Shown here: positions 13,801 through 27,175 of the stretch, one piece after another
Layout of the letters: each line of letters begins with the position of its first letter
How positions within the stretch are numbered: the stretch's first letter is position 1
Assembly (NCBI GenBank): GCA_964035545.1
Contig: OZ037769.1
Coordinates: 2,418,001-2,482,000, forward strand
Direction: 5' to 3'
DNA length: 64,000 nucleotides
Source of the DNA: Bugula neritina
Taxonomy: Eukaryota; Animalia; Bryozoa
Translations under genes and position numbers: made by a program
The notes under the pieces: generated by a model
Seen by the model: only the letters and a program-made list of their open reading frames with translations
Databases searched by the model: none
Told to the model about the DNA's origin: nothing

Positions 13801-16800
13801 GCAGCTCTAGAGCTGAACTGGCTAATGTCAAGGTCAATTCGGGATCTTTTCATGGGAAACAGATGATGTTTTCTGGTGTTTTGGTTCACTTTCGGCTTAA
13901 TAAATGTATCCCAAAACACTGGGTTTTTCCAGAATATTTTGCTGCTGGCTGCAGGACTGGTGGCCAGTTCTATTCACTCTTTTTTCAGCAGAGGTATAAA
14001 AGCAACTTTGCTCTTATTATTGCAATAATATAATGTTTTCCAAAAGGATGTTGTAATAGAATTTGTTTCTCTGCATTTAGTTGAATGCATCAGATGACAG
14101 AGGTATCAATGTGGTACGAGAGAAAGTCCTCACCTTTGCTAGCACTAGGAGTATGTTTACGTAAGCATCCTTTCTTCTTGTCACTCACATCTTTTATTCT
14201 ATGTATAGCTTTTTTATTTGATCAAATAGTCTCAAGCGTAAATGTCATTGACTATTAGTCTGTATAAGTATGTAAAATATAGTAGTCTTTAGGTTTAGAG
14301 ATTTGTTTAACTCACTTGTTAACCATTTTCTGTATCAATCGGAGGTTTGTTGTTAGGAGTTATCTTTTCCTACTTTTATCATGTTGTTGGGAGTTGTCTT
14401 ACTAATAATCAAATTTGCCCGATATAGAACAGTTTAGGCATTGTCAGTCATCTTTGTAATTTTAAGATTTTGTCAAGATTTTTATCTTTTCCAATGATCT
14501 TCCAATATAGGTTTTCCAATATAGGTTTGTCTGATTTAAACATAATTTTTTTATACTACGATTGAGTCAATTTAATTTTATATCTCTAGTTTTTATAATT
14601 ATTATACATATCTTCATGCTGTGTTGCTTTGTATCACCTGGGACATATCACTGTGATATATTATAATAAAACTTTAGCACTGGGTTTAAAATCATCATAC
14701 TAGATGAAGCAGATGCAATGACTAAGGATGCCCAAAATGCATTGCGAAGAATTGTTGAAAAATACACCGATAATGTCAGGTAAAACTTATTTATATTCCT
14801 ATCAGCAAATGGCTGCTGGTCATGCTATAACTTTTCATGTCTGCTATAAGCATCTTTGTGCAATGCTTTATTAATGTTCTTCTTTTCGAATTATATGATG
14901 ATTTTTCTATTATATTTTTTTATCACTCTTGCTAAAATTAGAACTTTACTGTTTTTTTCTGTTGGCTTAGAAAAGAGAAAATTCTTGCTTATATTTCAAA
15001 TTGAGTTGAGACTTTCGAGTTCCCAGTTTCCCTGCTGTCAGGTTTGTTGGACAGACAGACAGACCATTTCCTGTCTGCTGCAGGTTCTGCTTTATATGCA
15101 ACTACTTGTCGAAGATGATTCCGGCAATCCAGTCTCGGTGTACCAGGTTCAGATTTGCCCCTCTCTCCCGGGAGCAGATGGTGCCGAGGATTAGGGAGAT
15201 CACGGAGAAGGAGAACATCACGGTGAGCGATTCTGGCATGTCCGCAGTCGTGAGGCTGGCAAACGGCGATATGAGACGAGCCCTCAACATGCTTCAGGTG
15301 AGTGTAGATCAATTTTCGCTTCATAAGTGATTTGTGCAATGTCCGTCACATTGAAAGTCATTTTGTATATAAAGTAATTTATGTAATATAATAAAACATA
15401 CTTTGCGGAGTTTAGATTTATTTTCTCTTCTATTTGATAACATTCAGAGGGAGGCAACTTCTATGAATTGCCACATTTTTCATGTAATAAGATAATCAGT
15501 TTTTGTTTCCTAATTTGAAATTTCTAACTTGACATATTTGATTAGATTTGCTATAGCCTGAGTTTTACCTCTAGAGTACTTCACTGTCACATGATGAAGT
15601 CACTGAAGACACAGTCTACACTTGTATTGGTCACCCCCTCCGTAAAGACATAAAGAAAATAGCGGAACTTATGCTAAACTCGTCTTTTAAAGATGCTTTC
15701 ACTCGTATCCTTTGCTTGCTAGTAATTCACTGTATAGGTGAAACAATCTTAATAACAATTAGAAGTTTTCTTCTCATTAAGCTTTTTTATAATTGCTTTA
15801 CAAGTTTGAATAAACTAATCTTCTCAGTGTAACTTACTTTAGAAGCTCATTTTTACGATCAACCTTTCAAGTAACCTTTCAAGCTCTATGTTTTATCCTA
15901 GCTGTAACTCTTAATTAGTTAACATGGAGTCCAAATGACAACCAACCAAATTAGTCAATGCTTTTCAATATAAAACTCCTCAACACTCTGCACCAGAGAT
16001 TCAACAAATTCAGAGAGACAAGGGACTGGCACTACAAGATATTTTGGAGGACATTCACCTTCTGGTGCACAAAAGTAGGTCAAGGTTGCCATGTGATTCA
16101 ACCTGTTTGCTATGCTACCTTCTCTTTGATCACTAGTCTTTATGCATTCATCTTGAATTATCTTAAAGAACTCCATGTTTATTTTCTTATAAAAACTATA
16201 AATCTGTGTTTGCTGGTTTTCCTTGATAATGACAATTATGCTCATTAATACGTGTAAAAGTGAGTAGTAAACTCTCAATTTCTTACATCGACAGCTGCTT
16301 GTCACCTGTAATCTGCTGATACATCAAGGGTGGAGGAAATAAATGGGCACGTGAGGTTGACAGTGGTAAGATAACTCTCCATGTTTATTATTTTGTAGTA
16401 GATTTCCCAACACATTTGAGACTGAAGATCGTTGATAAGCTCTGTGAAGTTGAGTAAGTTATCTTACTACTAAGTACCAAACTACAATGAAATTTCTGGT
16501 TTTATGCCAGATAGAGGCTTCCCAGTTAGGGGCTATTTTTATTTTGGTACAATATATATTTATTATATATTATACATGTATGTATAAATGACTGTTGCAT
16601 TGATTAACTAATTGATAATATGAATTATCTGGAATAATTTATCCCAATTTTCACGGATTTGTGTGGGACAAATAAAAAAGTCATACATCAATAATAAACA
16701 TTATCTTTAATGAATACTTATTAATAAAATATTTTTCAAACAAGTATAGAAAATGCAAAAATTAATAAGTTAATGCCGATTAAGGGGATTTATTTATATG

Positions 16801-17509
16801 ATAAATAACCAACAATTGATTCAAAATTACTTAAATATACATATATTTCAATAATTTTCAAATAAATTGCACATAAAACACATATATTATACCAAAATAT
16901 ATAAATAGCGTCTAAGCTAGTGGGAAATTTAGCCTAGTGTCTAGCTGGGAAGCATCTATCTGGGATGACACCAAATTATTTGCTTAGTGAAAACTTATCT
17001 TTAAAAATTGTTCATCAGCTTTCTAAGATTTTAATCAATAGTCTGCACTTCCCCCCCCCCCACTCTTCCCCCTATTTCTTTTCTTTACAACCACTACTAT
17101 AACAATCTGAGAAGGAAAATTTCAATTCTATGATGCGTGTTTGTTTAGTTGCCTGTTTTCATTCAAACCAACAATTCAACTTATACCTAATCTATATATA
17201 ACTTATTCTTAACTTCACCCTTTAAAATTGATTCATGGATTTGAAGTACTAGTAATATTATCTACGTGCATTTAGTTATTCTAATAAAGGCAGCAGAGTG
17301 AGCAAGACTATACGCTGATTGCTGACAAATAAGTTGTTAGTAGCCCTGTTAGCGTAGTAGCGTTATTTATGTGCTAAAACACGGAACGTTGCATCGTTTG
17401 CAGATTCAGATTGTCTTCAGGAACCAGTGAGAAACTGCAGCTGAGTGGAATGATAGCTGCCTTCCAATTGGCCAGAGACCCTCTGATATCTTCAATGGAC
17501 ACCAGTTAA
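10893..17509 (+). CDS. RFC5: Replication factor C subunit 5 (clamp loader small subunit, AAA+), ~333 aa
   Basis: Exons 10893-10924, 12148-12212, 12350-12489, 14081-14160, 14678-14779, 15084-15297, 15575-15704, 15997-16074, 16399-16453, 17404-17509 join in frame. Motifs: LPWVEKYRP, Walker [20 protein letters not shown], Walker [21 protein letters not shown] motif (IQSRC), [18 protein letters not shown]-terminal [10 protein letters not shown]. These are RFC5-type. AATAAA near 17660. Confidence 0.93.
11166..11247. repeat. AT-rich palindrome (perfect 25-bp arms, 1-nt spacer) in the intron after the first RFC5 coding exon
   Basis: 11180-11204 TATTACTATAGTTGTATTAGTATTA is the exact reverse complement of 11206-11230. 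Outer arms extend a further ~13 bp after a bulge. Confidence 0.9.
15705..15996 (+). other. U12-type (minor spliceosome) GT-AG intron in RFC5
   Basis: Donor GTATCCTTT matches the U12 consensus RTATCCTT. Branch-point-like ACTCCTCAAC at 15975-15984 ends 12 nt before the intron end. There is no polypyrimidine tract. Phase-1 join gives ...[17 protein letters not shown]. Confidence 0.85.
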
Positions 17510-20509
17510 TATCATATGACCAGTAATAGTGTACTCCCGACATGTCTGGATTTTATACAATTTAATATTCAAGTTTGCAACTCAAACCTCTATCATTTTG
17601 TAAAGCTATCCATGTAAACATGTCTCCAGATATAAATTTGTATGTATGTAAATTCCTTCAATAAAATATATATGCTTATTATATCAGTCTTTATAGCTTT
17701 CTATTATAATATAGATGTATGATGTAGTCTCTATGTATAAGCACATGCTTTTAACTTTTCACATATTTATAATAATATATTGGTTTAGAGTTTAGACTTT
17801 GGCCCATGCTATCATATAGCAGTGTTTAAGTTACCATGTGTACCACATACTAAACTCGAAAGACTGAATATTAAGTTGGTTTTTGTTATTGTAGGAGGAG
17901 CTTACTATGTTTAGTACATATCATGTATTCACGCCTAGTTAAAGTGCATAATAATAATTAGCATTTTTTTTATCACAGTTGGACGATGGCCAAGTTGAAA
18001 ATGCTTTTTACAGTCAAATTTTTATTGCGGTATTTGTATAAGCATGCTATATCCTGTTGGATGTAAAGATTATAACACAAATTCATTTAACTAGATGGTA
18101 TATACTATATATAGTGCACCCTTCTCATAATAAACTTGGTTAGAACTGTTCATGCGGAGACCATGAGTAAAGATAAAGTTCCTGAACAAAATAGGCTCGT
18201 TGAATGTATGAGTTGTAAGCATCGACAATTCCAAGCTACACAAGTCTATAGTTATCCCAGTGATTTCTTTTCATAACAGCATCATAGACATCATGCTTAT
18301 ACAGCTATTATCTAATATTAGATTGAGAGTTTTTAGGTTGTCATGCTCAGTGATCAAGAATAAAGTTCCCCCCCCTTAACCCTATATCTGTGTGCGGGCT
18401 TGTGAATCTTAAAGTTTATCTACTATAAATAGAGTTGCTATGTGATTGGCTAGCATGACATGTTTCAGTTTTTCATGATTCAGTTTCTAAGCAGTCCCAA
18501 CTGCCACAACGCGTATCTTTCACAAGATTTGTAGTAGGTTCAGTCTGCTATACCACTTTTAAGATTTACACATCCTACTTCATAGAAAACAAAATAGATG
18601 GATTTTGTAAACGAATGTAAGTGAAAAATACAGATATGTGATAAACTAGCTAAAATTTTGCTAATATTGTAGTGGCCAGTGAAGCATAAACGCCACGTGC
18701 TTACGAGCCAATTACTGATGGCACGAAATTACCCCCCCTTCCCCCCCCAAGCAGAATGCTTCCGGACAGTTTTTACTTAGATAGTTTATTAGTTAGAGCG
18801 TGATGCTGAATACGAAAGGATAGATGTTTATTTTATATGCTAATCTAATATTGTACCAGTTAACTTTTGTAACTTTTGTGACGTGTAACTATTGTGATAA
18901 ATAAACTATCTTCTCTTCTGACTACTCATCCTGTGTTGAGTAATGCAAATTAGATAAGTGCAGTACAGAGGAATCCCGTTCGTATTATAATTCTGGAAAT
19001 TATAACAATATCATTAACTTTTATGACATCATACGAATATAAAGACTAATTGAATGCGTGTACTTTGACTTTTTGCAAGTTTGGATTGTTCTGCAGTAAC
19101 TATAGGGTTCCCCTCTCCCCATGCTAGATAAGGTAGTGTACGGACTATAATATATACTCCATGAATCAGCTTGGAATTTCCCTCGTGGCAAACTCCTAAT
19201 GCACAGTATATGAAATTCTTATCTCTTCAATGAACATAGAATAAAGGAAAGCCTTTTTCATTTTCAGCTCACACTGCAAGCAGGCTCGAGTGCACATTCA
19301 CCTAGCCCTACCATTACTCTGTCACTCAACTCTGGAATAATATCGGTGAGTAGATTTATGCTATAAAAACAGCTGTTCTTATGCTCATACTGCTATTGTT
19401 ATACGCATGTTTATAGGGTGTTCAGTTATAACTCTTAAAAGATTAGTGCTTGCAAGTTGTACACCATATTTCATATTCTGAGGTAAGTACCTATTTCTTA
19501 ATTTCCTAATTGCACTGTTACAGGAGCTTTTTGTTCTAGCTTTTAGTAGAATATTGTTTGATGAAAGCTTTTTGTGATTAAAGCCTTTGCAATAGCTGTT
19601 TACTGGCAGCTTTTTGTTGTTTTATGAGTCGGTAGAGCTCAAGAAATTAAAGAGAAAGTTGGCTGTGATCATTTTCTGTTATAGTTTTCCTCTTGTTAAA
19701 AGATACAGGCAACTTAGACTGTATTGCCCCAATAATTGTTAAATTATCGTAAGAAATTTAGACTGTTGGCATTAACCAAAAAGTTGAGTTGTGGCCTGCA
19801 TCTGTGCAACCAGCATTCAGCATCCGTGTTATCACACTTAGGCTTCTGTTTCATTAGGCATCCATGCTGACACAAGCACTAAAGCATAGGAGTATTAAAG
19901 ATAACAAAGATAACAGCAATTTCTTAATAAGCAAAAAGAGGTAGCTTCATATTTTTTTATATCAATTATCAACTTTACTGATAATTGCCTATACCTATAG
20001 GCTACATGTCACATGTCACAGCCATGTTGGTTTCCATGATTAATTATGGAAACTCTAACCATGGCAACCCACCAGTAATAAAAAGTGTGTCATTATGAAA
20101 TGTCAACTGCAGGATATATCTATCAGTATTGCCTCATCATACCCTCAATTCACAAACGTTAACACAAAGCAGCACTAGCTAACTATAACTTCTAAAAGCA
20201 TAAGCAGGAGCATGTTAATACTGTAAATAGATCTTGATTTGTTTCAATTGCAGTGTTTAAATTGCTATTTATATAAACATTTAAAGCAGCTACTAATATT
20301 ATGATACGTATAAATTTATGGTGCTTTTTGCAAAAATTGCGTTGAGTTTGTTTTTCACACTCATTTTGCAATTATGTTTCAACAGACAAACTAGGTTATA
20401 CATAACTACTGCTTTTGCCAGCTTACTATAGACAAATGGTGACTCAACATCTATATAAATTTATACTCCAAATAAAATTAAGAACATGAATTTTTTTTCA
20501 GGGTATAGA

Positions 20510-20689
20510 ATGCCGGAATCCAATAAAAACCTAGCACACCCATTTGACGGTGGAACTGAAGTTGAAGAAATTGAAGAGTCTTTAAATACTAGTGAATTGA
20601 GGGAAAGATACAAGACTATGTGGGAAAACATAATGAAGGCGTATCTGGAGAAATATTATTCGAAGATGGCTGAATATCAGAGCAACTAA
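20510..20689 (+). CDS. Candidate 59-aa microprotein in the terminal exon of a small spliced gene
   Basis: Strong acceptor TTTTTTTTCAG at 20501, then ATG 20510: MPESNKNLAHPFDGGTEVEEIEESLNTSELRERYKTMWENIMKAYLEKYYSKMAEYQSN*. Upstream exon-like segments with good AG/GT(G/A)AGT signals at 19268-19345 and ~19417-19482. No family recognised. Confidence 0.45.
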   Translation: MPESNKNLAHPFDGGTEVEEIEESLNTSELRERYKTMWENIMKAYLEKYYSKMAEYQSN

Positions 20690-22640
20690 TAAAGTACATA
20701 GTCTGACACTTCAACTCGCACCTATTCTCACCTATCTCCGCTAATTGTCCTGTTCGGGTAGCGATGTCTGACACTTCAATGTCTTGAGAAATCCCGCTCT
20801 AGCATCAAGGCAGCAGTTTATATATTCTTACAATATTTTGATATATATTATTTTAATGGAAGAATCATGTATTTTATGTTATCATACTGTATACAGAATG
20901 TTTTGTTAATTTACAAACTGTTGTTTCAAAATTTAGATGCATCTTACTACAACTTAGCCATTTTATTGTTATATATAGTGCCCTGCTATATGCAAACCAA
21001 CCATAACTGTTGTGGATGGTTACAGATGTTATTATGGACATGCTTAGTGATTGTCATTATGCAGTCATATAATGATCATACTACATAGTCTAGTACTATT
21101 GTTAATGTATTTATTTCTATACTATTATTGTGTTTCAATATAATATGTATTGACCATGAAAGAGTTGATTAAAGTTTTGGGTTTATAATATAATAGTCTA
21201 AATGTTGGCTTTTTGGTGCAGCCAACTTAGCTGTACATACTCTGCACATAATACAAACTACGGAAGAGCATAGAATAGCTAACATATTTATAAAACTTCA
21301 GCGATAGCTGCTTGTTGTTACATTATACTAATATATATAATGTAACAAAAGCTTGCAATGCTCTTGGAATGTCCTAACATCCACGTTAGTGTATTTATGT
21401 TGAATGCATATATATGCTATATACTGCTATACACTATATACTACTATACACTATTATATACACTATATACTACTATACACTATATACTACTACATTGAGT
21501 ACATATACTACTACACACTATATACTACCATATACACTCCAATCATACCCTATATACCGTTATCTACACTCTATAAAGTATATATAATATACTATAAACT
21601 ATACACACCCCTTTCCTTTTCCAACCCAGCAAACTTTATCTTATTAGCTTCATGATTAGCACTTCTTTTGATTCTGCAGATACTGCAACAGAAACTTGTA
21701 GTATTGCAGCAAATAATACACAAACACAGTGAGAAAGGTTTTATACAGTATGATTTTTCATTCCCTGCATGGGGACAGTGTCAATGGAATAAAACCACCG
21801 CAACCATTACACCATTTCAACCATTGCTCAGAAATGCATTTACTCCACAATGCTAAATATCGGTGTGTTTATAACTCATAGAGACAGATGTTGGAAATAT
21901 AAACATGCCAGAGAGTGCCTGCTTTCATGTCTTTCCCAGCAAAGAGCTGAACTTAGCAGGTAGTTTCAGACTTTGGACCAGGGAATATGGGAACAGAGAT
22001 GTCACATGTATGGAACTATGTGGTGACAGACAGCTGAATGGCTGGTAGACAACTTACAACAGGTGATATGAATTTCCCATTATGGTTGATGGTAGATAAA
22101 TCTAATGTACATTAACTTGTTATGACTTGAACAGGGCAGGAACTTCAGCATGTCTGCACTTCCACATTATGTTATATATAGCTGATTATTAATTATATAT
22201 AGAACTGATATACAAATCAGTGTAGCTTGATAAAAACAGCAGGCCAAAGCTTTTACCGCAACTGACGGGTTTTATGAAGACTACAAAAACATAAAAGGAT
22301 TTTTATTTATACTGGGTGTCATGTTCCCCCCCCAAACCAGATTATTTTATGAAAACTTAAGAGCTTGGACTATCAAAATTTCTTTACAACTGCACTTTGA
22401 TGGGAATAGACTGAGCACGTTCGCAGGCACACATTTCAGAGCGCAGGCACACATTTCGGAGCGCAGGCACACATTTAGGAGCTGTAGTGGAAAAATTGAG
22501 ATAGCCTAAGTTTAAATTTTTGGTTGAATTTTGGTTTGGGGCACAGGTAGAAATTTTCATGAGAACATAACTGCTTTTGTCCTATTTTTAACCTAAAATA
22601 CAGGCTTTTTTCAATTTTTCCATTACTGCACCTACTTCCA

Positions 22641-22958
22641 TACACCGGGATAACTTCACACACACTGGGATAACTCCACACACACTGGGATAACTCCACA
22701 CACACTGGGATAACTCCACACACACTGGGATAACTCCACACACACTGGGATAACTCCACACACACTGGGATAACTCCACACACAACGGGATAACTCCACA
22801 CACGCTGGGATAACTCCACACACACATTGGGATAACTCCACACACACCGGGATAACTCCACACACACTGGGATAACTCCACACACACTGGGATAACTCCA
22901 CACACACACCGGGATAACTCCACACACAACGGGATAACTCCACACACACCGGGATAAC
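22641..22958 (+). repeat. Minisatellite, 20-24 bp unit GGGATAACTCCACACACACT, ~15 copies
   Basis: Directly visible tandem array. It abuts a minus-strand GT that ends an exon-like ORF. Confidence 0.95.
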
Positions 22959-22962
22959 TAAC

Positions 22963-23284
22963 CAGGAAGAGAGTTTCATTTTCTCCTTCCTGTCTTGCGT
23001 AGAATCTCCCAGAGACGACATTCTCTGGCCGATGCTCTCCATCTGCTTACCGAGTTGCGACAGCTTCTCGGGGTTTGGTGTGATGTCATTTCCTTCTCCT
23101 ATTCTAGCCTTGCCAAAGTGTCTCACCGTATTTTCTTGAGATTTATCAAACACAGGATCCGTGAAGACTATCTGCTGGTGCGGATCTTGAGGAGTCACTA
23201 CTTTCAACTCAAAATTCTGCTTTACTTTTGGTCCTTTCCGAAACTTCTTGTACTTCCAGAAAGAGTTGAACGCTTCGGCATATA
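22963..23284 (-). CDS. Orphan exon-like ORF (~105 aa) of an unknown gene or element
   Basis: Open frame YAEAFNSFWKYKKFRKGPKVKQNFELKVVTPQDPHQQIVFTDPVFDKSQENTVRHFGKARIGEG...KMKLSS between a weak AAG acceptor and a TG|GTTAGT donor. GC content is higher than the flanks. No partner exons identified. Confidence 0.3.
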
Positions 23285-26200
23285 CTTATTACGCAATACA
23301 AGTATGAACTAGACATACTAATATTATATACTACTATATACTATATACACTCCAATCATACCCTATATACCGTTATCTACACTCTATAAAGTACATATAA
23401 TATACTATAAACTATACACACCCCTTTCCTTTTCCAACCCAGCAAACTTTATCTTATTAACTTCATGATTAGCACTTCTTTTTATTCTGCAGATACTGCA
23501 ATATTGGAAAACTAACAAGCATTAAAACTATACAAAATAATATAATATGAATTGAATACTGAGGTGAAAATTTTGCTTAGCCTTGGCTTATAACTTTTAA
23601 CTTGGCAGAAACAAGTATGATTGTTTTGCTTTATTTTTACAGTTGCAATGCATTTTTACAGTGTAAAATGTTAACCCATCAGTGTAGCTTAGACATTTTT
23701 CCTGTTAGCATATAATATGCTAACAGGAAAAATGTCCCATATATGTACTGCGCCACAGGATAGTTAAGGGCATCCTCACTAAGAATATCATAAATTTCTC
23801 TCAAAATGTAGTTCAGGTTCTTGAATAATATTGTTTTGCGGGTGGGATGCGTATTGCCTACTTGCATTTGTTTAGCCCAAGATCAAACTACAGCCAATGA
23901 GCAGCAACCTTCATTAGGGCTGCGTTATCTATCAACATTCCATTATGGGTGCTACATAAACAAAGTACAAAGCGAGCTATTCATAATAGCCTGCCAGCTA
24001 GCAAGCCTATAATTAGCATGTATGCGCCAATATCTTCTCATCCCTACGTGCTCATTGAAGCGTGAAGCACTGCGCGCTGCTAGTTTCTTATGAAAAAATA
24101 TGGCATTTTCAGTGTATAAATCACCAATTTATGGGCAATCTAGCAGAGTTATTGGAAAATGAAAAAAAGTTGCACTGGAGAAATATCTCAGGATTCTAGC
24201 AGTGCAATTTTTATTCAGATATCATCTTTTGCTGCTGAGATATTTTACTGGTACTGAAAAGTCAGCTTTTCTGGCAAATTTGGCCAAAATTGGGCAGTTT
24301 TTTGTCTATAACTTTGCAAAAAAAATGAAAATTGAAATTTCCAAAAAAGTTGCACTGGGGAAAAACAAGATCTACAACATAGTTTTTAAATTTTGACTCT
24401 AGCACGATTAGGTGAGATTTTATTTTACTGGTACTGAATTCTTATATGATTACAATGCAAACCTCAGCAAGGCAGTTGCAGCTAAAAGGTTGCCTTTAAC
24501 TATCCTGTGCGCTATAATATTTGTAGTATTAAACAATAATTAACTGCTAGGCTATATTAGTATTATAATATGTACTGATGACTGGATAAAAAATATTCTC
24601 CTCTCAACAAAAAGCTTAATCAAATTATTGGTTCTCTCTTACTCTTTATAACGCCCGGGTTCTATAACATATACATATTATAGGCTACAATAAGCTATAA
24701 GTCTCAGATAGCGCACGTATACTTGATCAGATCTCTTTGCAAAAGTTGTTGTAAAATATTTCAAAGTCAATACAATGATATGATGCAATACTTTATAATT
24801 AGGCTGTGACTGCTTATATACAATTATGCATAACATTTTAGCAAAATTAATTTTCACAAACTTAGGGTAGACGTTCTTGTAAATGTCTTCATGCCAAAAA
24901 TTTTTTAAGAATTGGCTAATGGTTTGTTTCATGTTCAGCCTCGTGATGCAAACACACTTGGACTTAAGGACTGATAATTCAATTTCTGATTAAATTTGCT
25001 TATCAATCAGATCATGGTTATCAGGAAATGTTTGCTTTTCGGTAATGTTTGCTTATATCAGGTTTAATATTTTCTTATCAAATAATGTCAAAAAAACTTC
25101 TTTTTGATGCATTGTTCGAATTTAATTATATCATAATATACTTTTTTCATATTTGTTTTTTTAAATAATTATATATTGTAGAAAATATTTGTGAATCCCT
25201 GAATATAATTTTATTAATTTTTGAACTTTTTCAATGAAAACCATGAATTAAATTCGAGCCCATTTTGTTATTGATATTTTTCCAGGCAAAGCAGTTTTAA
25301 TTTTAAATTTGAAAATATTTTACTTAAAATTGCTAATAATGCTACACACACACACACACTTACACGCACACACAGGTGCTACATTAAATGGCATTTGGTC
25401 TATTTATGTTTCAAACATTTAATTTGAAGTAATAAAGTATAGGTTTGCGTTTGTTTCCCTGCAGCTCATATATTCCAGTTCTCTATATATCATGCATAAA
25501 ATATGATTACAATGCATTTGACTTTTTAACAATAGTTTGTTGTATTTTCAATATTGCATCTGTGGTTTAGAATACTTTTTCATCTGCTGTATGCTTATAT
25601 TTTTTCTAATTTCATGCAGCTTTCAGCAGCATTGCAAGATGTTTAGGCAACTTCAAAGATATGGTTTTCTTTTCATATGTTAGGAAAATACAAACCTCAA
25701 GTTTCAGTTAAATAATATATTATGTAAATTTTCTTTTCCTCATATGAGCTAACATGTGTTGAGTATTTCAATTGCTTAAAATATAACTTTATATTAGAAA
25801 ATACAAAACATAATGCCAGTATAATGCTTGATGAAGTCTTATAAACCTGTAAAAATTAATCAAGTCACTATTATGATAAAACTATCTTCTGCGATATAAG
25901 ACAGAACTAGTTTATAAAAGATGTTATAAAACTACAAACTACAAATATTCTATATGTCATCATATGGAGCAGACATCAAATAAACTCATCCAGTTGGCAT
26001 TCAAATTTTCTTGTTCACTTCACCTATGTACCATAAGATATTTATCTGCTCAATAATTAGGAGTAATCTTTTCTTTATAAGTCGACTTTATTTAAATTTT
26101 TGTTTAAGCATTAGAGTTATCACCCTCTTGATCAAGTTGACACGATAATGTTTGGTTAGAGCCGCTATAATATAAACATTGAAAGCCTTTCACAGCGCTC

Positions 26201-27175
26201 CCAATTTGTTGCAGGCTAAATTTCAAGAAAAGCCTTGCCAAGTTCAAGGTTCTACTAGTATACTATGTATCGCGTTTCGACAGTGCATATGACATATGAC
26301 AAGGCTTCGATGATGGAATTACTAACTCTAAAGGCTTTATTCAAATTAGTATTATCTTATTTTTACTAATGAATAAAAAACTATATCATAATCATATGAT
26401 ATTGTGATTATACTTATATGTCAATAGTGTCAACATTAATTTAAGTTTTTTTACGCTACTACTAGATGAGACTGGTAGTACAGTGTACAACTACAGGTAC
26501 CCGTACTACTACTAGGAGTAGTACAGTACTAGTAGTAGTAGTAGTAGTAGTAGTACCCAAGTAGTAATTATTTGTAATTTTTTTATTCACTCATTCTTAA
26601 AGTTGATCATTCAAATAGATATACTAATACTGATAAATTACATTAATTTTAAAATAATTAGAATAATTATTAAAGCTGCAAATTAACTTTTTATTCAAAC
26701 TGCAAAAAGTAAAATTAAATTTTAAATGCATTTCAGTTTTCACTACCCAATCCCACCCATTTCTACTATTATTAGTGTTATGTGTTTTTAAATGAATATT
26801 GTAGTTGTTGTTGCATATTTATAATTTAGTAACTTGATCAAGTACTGAAAAGTTGTTTAAGTTAACTTGAGTCTACTCAGGTCATTAGTAATAGTTTACT
26901 TCACTTTAATTTTTTGTCTAGAAAATGATCAGTTCAATTTGTTTGGTCATTGTCTGGACTTAATTTGTCTTGCCCAGAAAATGATTTTTTATATTTAGCT
27001 ATGGAAAATTGCCATTGTTAATTATGCATGCAATGTGTTTGTTGTAAGTAGTAATTAACTTTGTCTAATTGTAGATGATAGTATGGCAGTTTGTAGATAG
27101 TGTGGGTTCATTCATATTCTAGAATATATTTCAGCTCCTTTGCCTGTGCTGAAGTACATACGCTCAAGTCAAGTT

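Larger units (their letters stand above)
21530..23501 (+). repeat. ~159-bp near-identical direct repeats (21530-21688 and 23343-23501) flanking a ~1.65-kb segment
   Basis: ATATACACTCCAATCATACCC...CTGCAGATACTGCAA occurs twice with about 3 mismatches, offset 1813 bp. Confidence 0.9.

Noticed and set aside
23680-24490. Named DNA transposon
   Set aside because: Internal duplications (AAAAAAGTTGCACTGG; ATTTTACTGGTACTGAA) suggest a repeat remnant, but I found no transposase, clear terminal inverted repeats or target-site duplication.
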